Source: Toensbergia leucococca (taxonomy: Eukaryota). Taken from it: 64,000 nucleotides of DNA. Shown one piece after another: positions 60,361 to 64,000 of this stretch. The DNA is taken from positions 248,001 through 312,000 of the forward strand of contig JALDZS010000003.1 of the NCBI GenBank assembly GCA_022813965.1, written 5' to 3'. Numbering within the stretch: the first letter of the stretch is position 1; each line of letters starts with the position of its first letter. The notes under the pieces are model-generated. The model was not told where the DNA came from and searched no databases. It saw nothing but the letters and a program-made list of their open reading frames with translations. A program made the position numbers and the translations under genes.

Positions 60361-63300
60361 ATGGCCGCCGTCGACGAGCCAGAAACTGCAGCTGACAAGA
60401 CAGATATTCACGAGGGCATCAATGAACACAATGACGAACTGATAAAAGAAGGCGCAGTACTCTCTACAGATAAGGATAGTTTGAGGGGGGGGCAAGACTG
60501 GATGGAGATTGAGATGGCAGGTTACCGGGGTAAAGATACTGAGAGGCCAGATGCCGCAGACAGAATGCAGACAAATGGCTTGACAGCTACGGGAGAAGGC
60601 GATGTGGGAGACCCATCAACTTCAGAGTCATCGCATGAACGAATGCAAAGCTCGGTATCAGGCATGTCAGACTCACAGCCTGGGCCACCACTTCCGGAGA
60701 AGGATCGGCCAAATCATCTACCACTCACGCCGATAATTGCAGAACCACACCAAACCCCACAGACCAGTGGCCTGAACAACGTCCCTATAAGCAATAGGCA
60801 GAGGTCAGATACTTCATCTGCTGGAGCCACCAACGGGCAAAGGGGTTCACCACTGAGCTCCATGGTATTTGTGGTTACCGCTTTGGAAAATATTTCTTCA
60901 TCAAAGGAAGCTCGAAAAAAGAAGCCACTAGGAGAGTCTGTGCAGAAAGCCCTGTCAATAATCAAGCAGCAAGAGATTTCTCCAGATCCAGAGCTCATCT
61001 TCGAGCCTCTACGCCTAGCTACCGAGACGTCCAGTATCCCCCTAACAACCACTGCTCTTGACTGTATAGGTAAATTGATCAGCTACTCCTACTTCTCGAT
61101 ACCTGTGGCCAGCCAGGACCCATTGTCACCACAGGACAGACAACATGAAAAGCAAGTTCCACTAATCGAGCGGGCAATTGAGACAATTTGTGACTGTTTC
61201 CAAGACGAGGCAACACCAGCTGAAATTCAATTACAGATCGTAAAGTCACTCTTAGCGGCAGTATTGAACGACAAAATCATAGTGCATGGTGCCGGATTAC
61301 TGAAAGCCGTCCGGCAAGTTCACAACATATTTCTGCTCTCAAAGTCTAGCACGAACCAGCAAGTAGCGCAAGGGACTTTGACACAGATGGTTGGTACCGT
61401 TTTCGAGAGGGTGATGACACGACTTTCTATGAAAGAAGCTCGTCTCAACACGTCAAAGTCATCTTCGGAGAAAGGCACAGCAAATGGCAGTCAAGTGGAC
61501 TTAAATGGTATCACCTCAGTAATTGAGTTCGTTGAAATGGATGGCGTGACTGATATCGATCGTTCTTCTGATACCAACTCTGCGGTGGCTTTGGACCAGC
61601 CTATTCGCAAGGAGCCAGGCGAGAAACTAACTCTGCAGAGCTTCGAGAATGCAAAAAGCTTCGATGATGCTAAGATTGGAGACAATGCGCCGACTATGGT
61701 GACTCGGGCAAAATCTACCGCGAAAGCACCAAGAAGTGCTTCAGGACAGCAGACAGCTGTAAATGGACCCGAGGGCATTGTTGATCGAGACTTCTCGGAT
61801 GAAGACGAAGAAGACGAAATCTATGTCAAGGACGCTTTCTTGGTATTTAGGTCCATGTGTAGGCTCAGTACCAAGATCCTACCTCAAGACCAGCAACAAG
61901 ACCTCAAGTCCCAAAACATGCGATCTAAACTCGTATCACTTGCAATCATCCGTACCCTCCTAAACAACAACATGGCTGTATTCACTTCGCCTCATGTCAC
62001 CATCCGGAGCAGCAGTAACAACGAGCCCACAAGCTTTGGCCAAGCCATAAACCAATACTTGCGTTTGAGCCTCAGCAGAAATGGCGCAAGCTCTGTGAGA
62101 CAGGTCTTTGAATCATGCTGTGAGATATTCTGGCTGATGTTAAAAGATATGAGAGTAATGCTCAAGGTTGGTTTTAGCTCACATCGCCTCTTTTCTACAG
62201 ATATCTCTAATCATATGACCACAGAGAGAAATTGAAGTTTTTTTGAAAGAAATATACCTTGCCATCCTCGACCGTAAGAACGCACCAAGCTTCCAAAAAC
62301 TCTATATCATGAAGATCTTGAGGCGATCTGCTACCTATCCGAGAGCGTTGGTAGAGATGTATCTCAATTACGATTGTGACCGGACAGCACTGGACAACAT
62401 GTTTCAGCGAATCATCGAGCATCTTTCAAGAATATCAAGCACTCCTGTCCTTGCTACACCGTTACAGCAGCAGCAATACCAGGAGCAACAAGCCAAAGAA
62501 GCAGACGCAGATCTTGACTGGCACGAGCATGGAAATCTTCCACCGTCCCTAACTACAGCCTCTTTCAATACGCCATGGAACCATGAGTGGGACTTACCAG
62601 TGGAATTCATCATGAAGCAACAGTCGCTTGAATGCTTGATTCGTATTTTGCGATCCCTTGTCAACTGGTCTCAAGATAACATCGCGGCTACTGCAGCCAA
62701 ACTTCAAGACCTCGCTTCCAGACATTCCTCTGATGGGCCAAGAGACTCTCTCGACCCAGGACAGTATACAGGCTCCCCGAGGGTATCTGCCGCAGACACA
62801 CCGACTATTCCATCAACCCCGATGCTGGAAGACGATCCTAGTCAACTTGAGAAAGCAAAACACCGCAAGACCGCTCTTACTAATGGTATCCGACAATTCA
62901 ATTTCAAGCCAAAACGTGGTATCAAGCTGCTTTTGAGTGACGGGTTCATCAAAAGCGAATCCCCCGAAGACATTGCAAGCTTCATCATACAAAACGATCT
63001 TGACAAAACTATGGTTGGCGAGTACCTTGGTGATGGTGAGCCCGAGAACGTCGCAATCATGCATGCCTTTGTGGATTCGATGGATTTCGCCAGAAAGAAA
63101 TTCGTTGATGCTCTTAGACAATTTCTACAGGCGTTTCGTCTCCCTGGCGAGGCGCAAAAGATTGATCGGTTCATGTTGAAGTTTGCAGAGCGCTACATTA
63201 CTGGCAATCCGAGCGTCTTTGCCAATGCTGACACTGCATACGTGCTGGCGTATTCCGTTATCATGCTAAACACAGATCAACACAGCGGCAACGTCAAAAA

Positions 63301-64000
63301 AAGAATGAACAAAGGTGACTTCCTTAAGAACAACAAAGGCATAGACGATAATGCCGATCTTTCTGATGAGTTCCTTGGGGAGATTTTTGATGAGATTGCG
63401 CATAATGAGATTGTCCTTTACACAGAGCGAGAGACGGCCTCTGCTATGGGCTTAGCATCACAACCTAGCACTGGTGGGATAGCTTCCAGAGCTGGCCAAG
63501 CATTTCTGACGGCGACACGCGACACTCAGAGACAAGTCTATGCCCAGGCAGCCGAGGAGATGTCCACCAAAGCTGAGCAACGTATACGAAATTTAATGCG
63601 AGTGCAGCGAAGGACGACTTCAAAACAACAACAGTCAATCTACATTCCCGCAACATCTTTCAAGCACGTTGGACCAATGTTTGAGGTTACATGGATGTCA
63701 TTCTTATCTGGTCTCTCTGGTCAGATGCATGATGCTCAGAATATTGAGACCATCAAATTATGCATGGAAGGGCTTAAACTGGCGATTCGGATTGCATGTC
63801 TATTTGATCTCGAAACTCCTCGTGTAGCATTTGTTACTGCGCTAGCTAAGTTTACTAATCTTGGTAATCTACGTGAGATGATGGCAAAAAATGTGGAGGC
63901 ATTGAAAATCTTACTCGAAGTTGCACAGACGGAGGGTAATATGCTAAAGAGCTCATGGCGAGATGTTCTGACGTGTATCAGTCAGCTGGACCGGTTTCAG
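60361..64000 (+). CDS. SEC7: Large Arf guanine-nucleotide exchange factor (3' end beyond the window)
   Basis: ALDCIGKLISYSYF, NYDC, FNFKPKRG, FRLPGEAQKIDRFMLKFA and YSVIMLNTD; intron about 62167-62225. Confidence 0.96.

Overview
Eukaryotic DNA from a filamentous ascomycete: short GT-AG introns with CTRAC branch points and Pezizomycotina-type genes. The secreted-protein families suggest a lichen-forming Lecanoromycete, which is inference only. Both flanks are mostly housekeeping genes. Left: SPF1 P5A-ATPase, tartrate dehydrogenase, IMP2, SPO71, glycolipid transfer protein, a large unknown gene, SWI6-like APSES factor and a LYR protein. Right: oleate hydratase, GTT3-like, MME1, enoyl reductase, LAT1 and partial SEC7. 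Between about 25 and 49 kb is an accessory-looking region with pseudogenes, two MITE families carrying RIP-like transitions, and secreted or membrane proteins. The three most notable signals are (1) an intact secreted protein with a CAE...PC-x8-C deaminase-like domain, (2) a decayed TET/JBP-like 2OG-Fe(II) dioxygenase, and (3) about a dozen short C/A-rich to G/T-rich skew inversions that ignore gene orientation and often sit beside transposon relics. Family assignments come from recalled motifs, not database searches, and exon boundaries were read by eye. No rRNA, tRNA or CRISPR array was seen.
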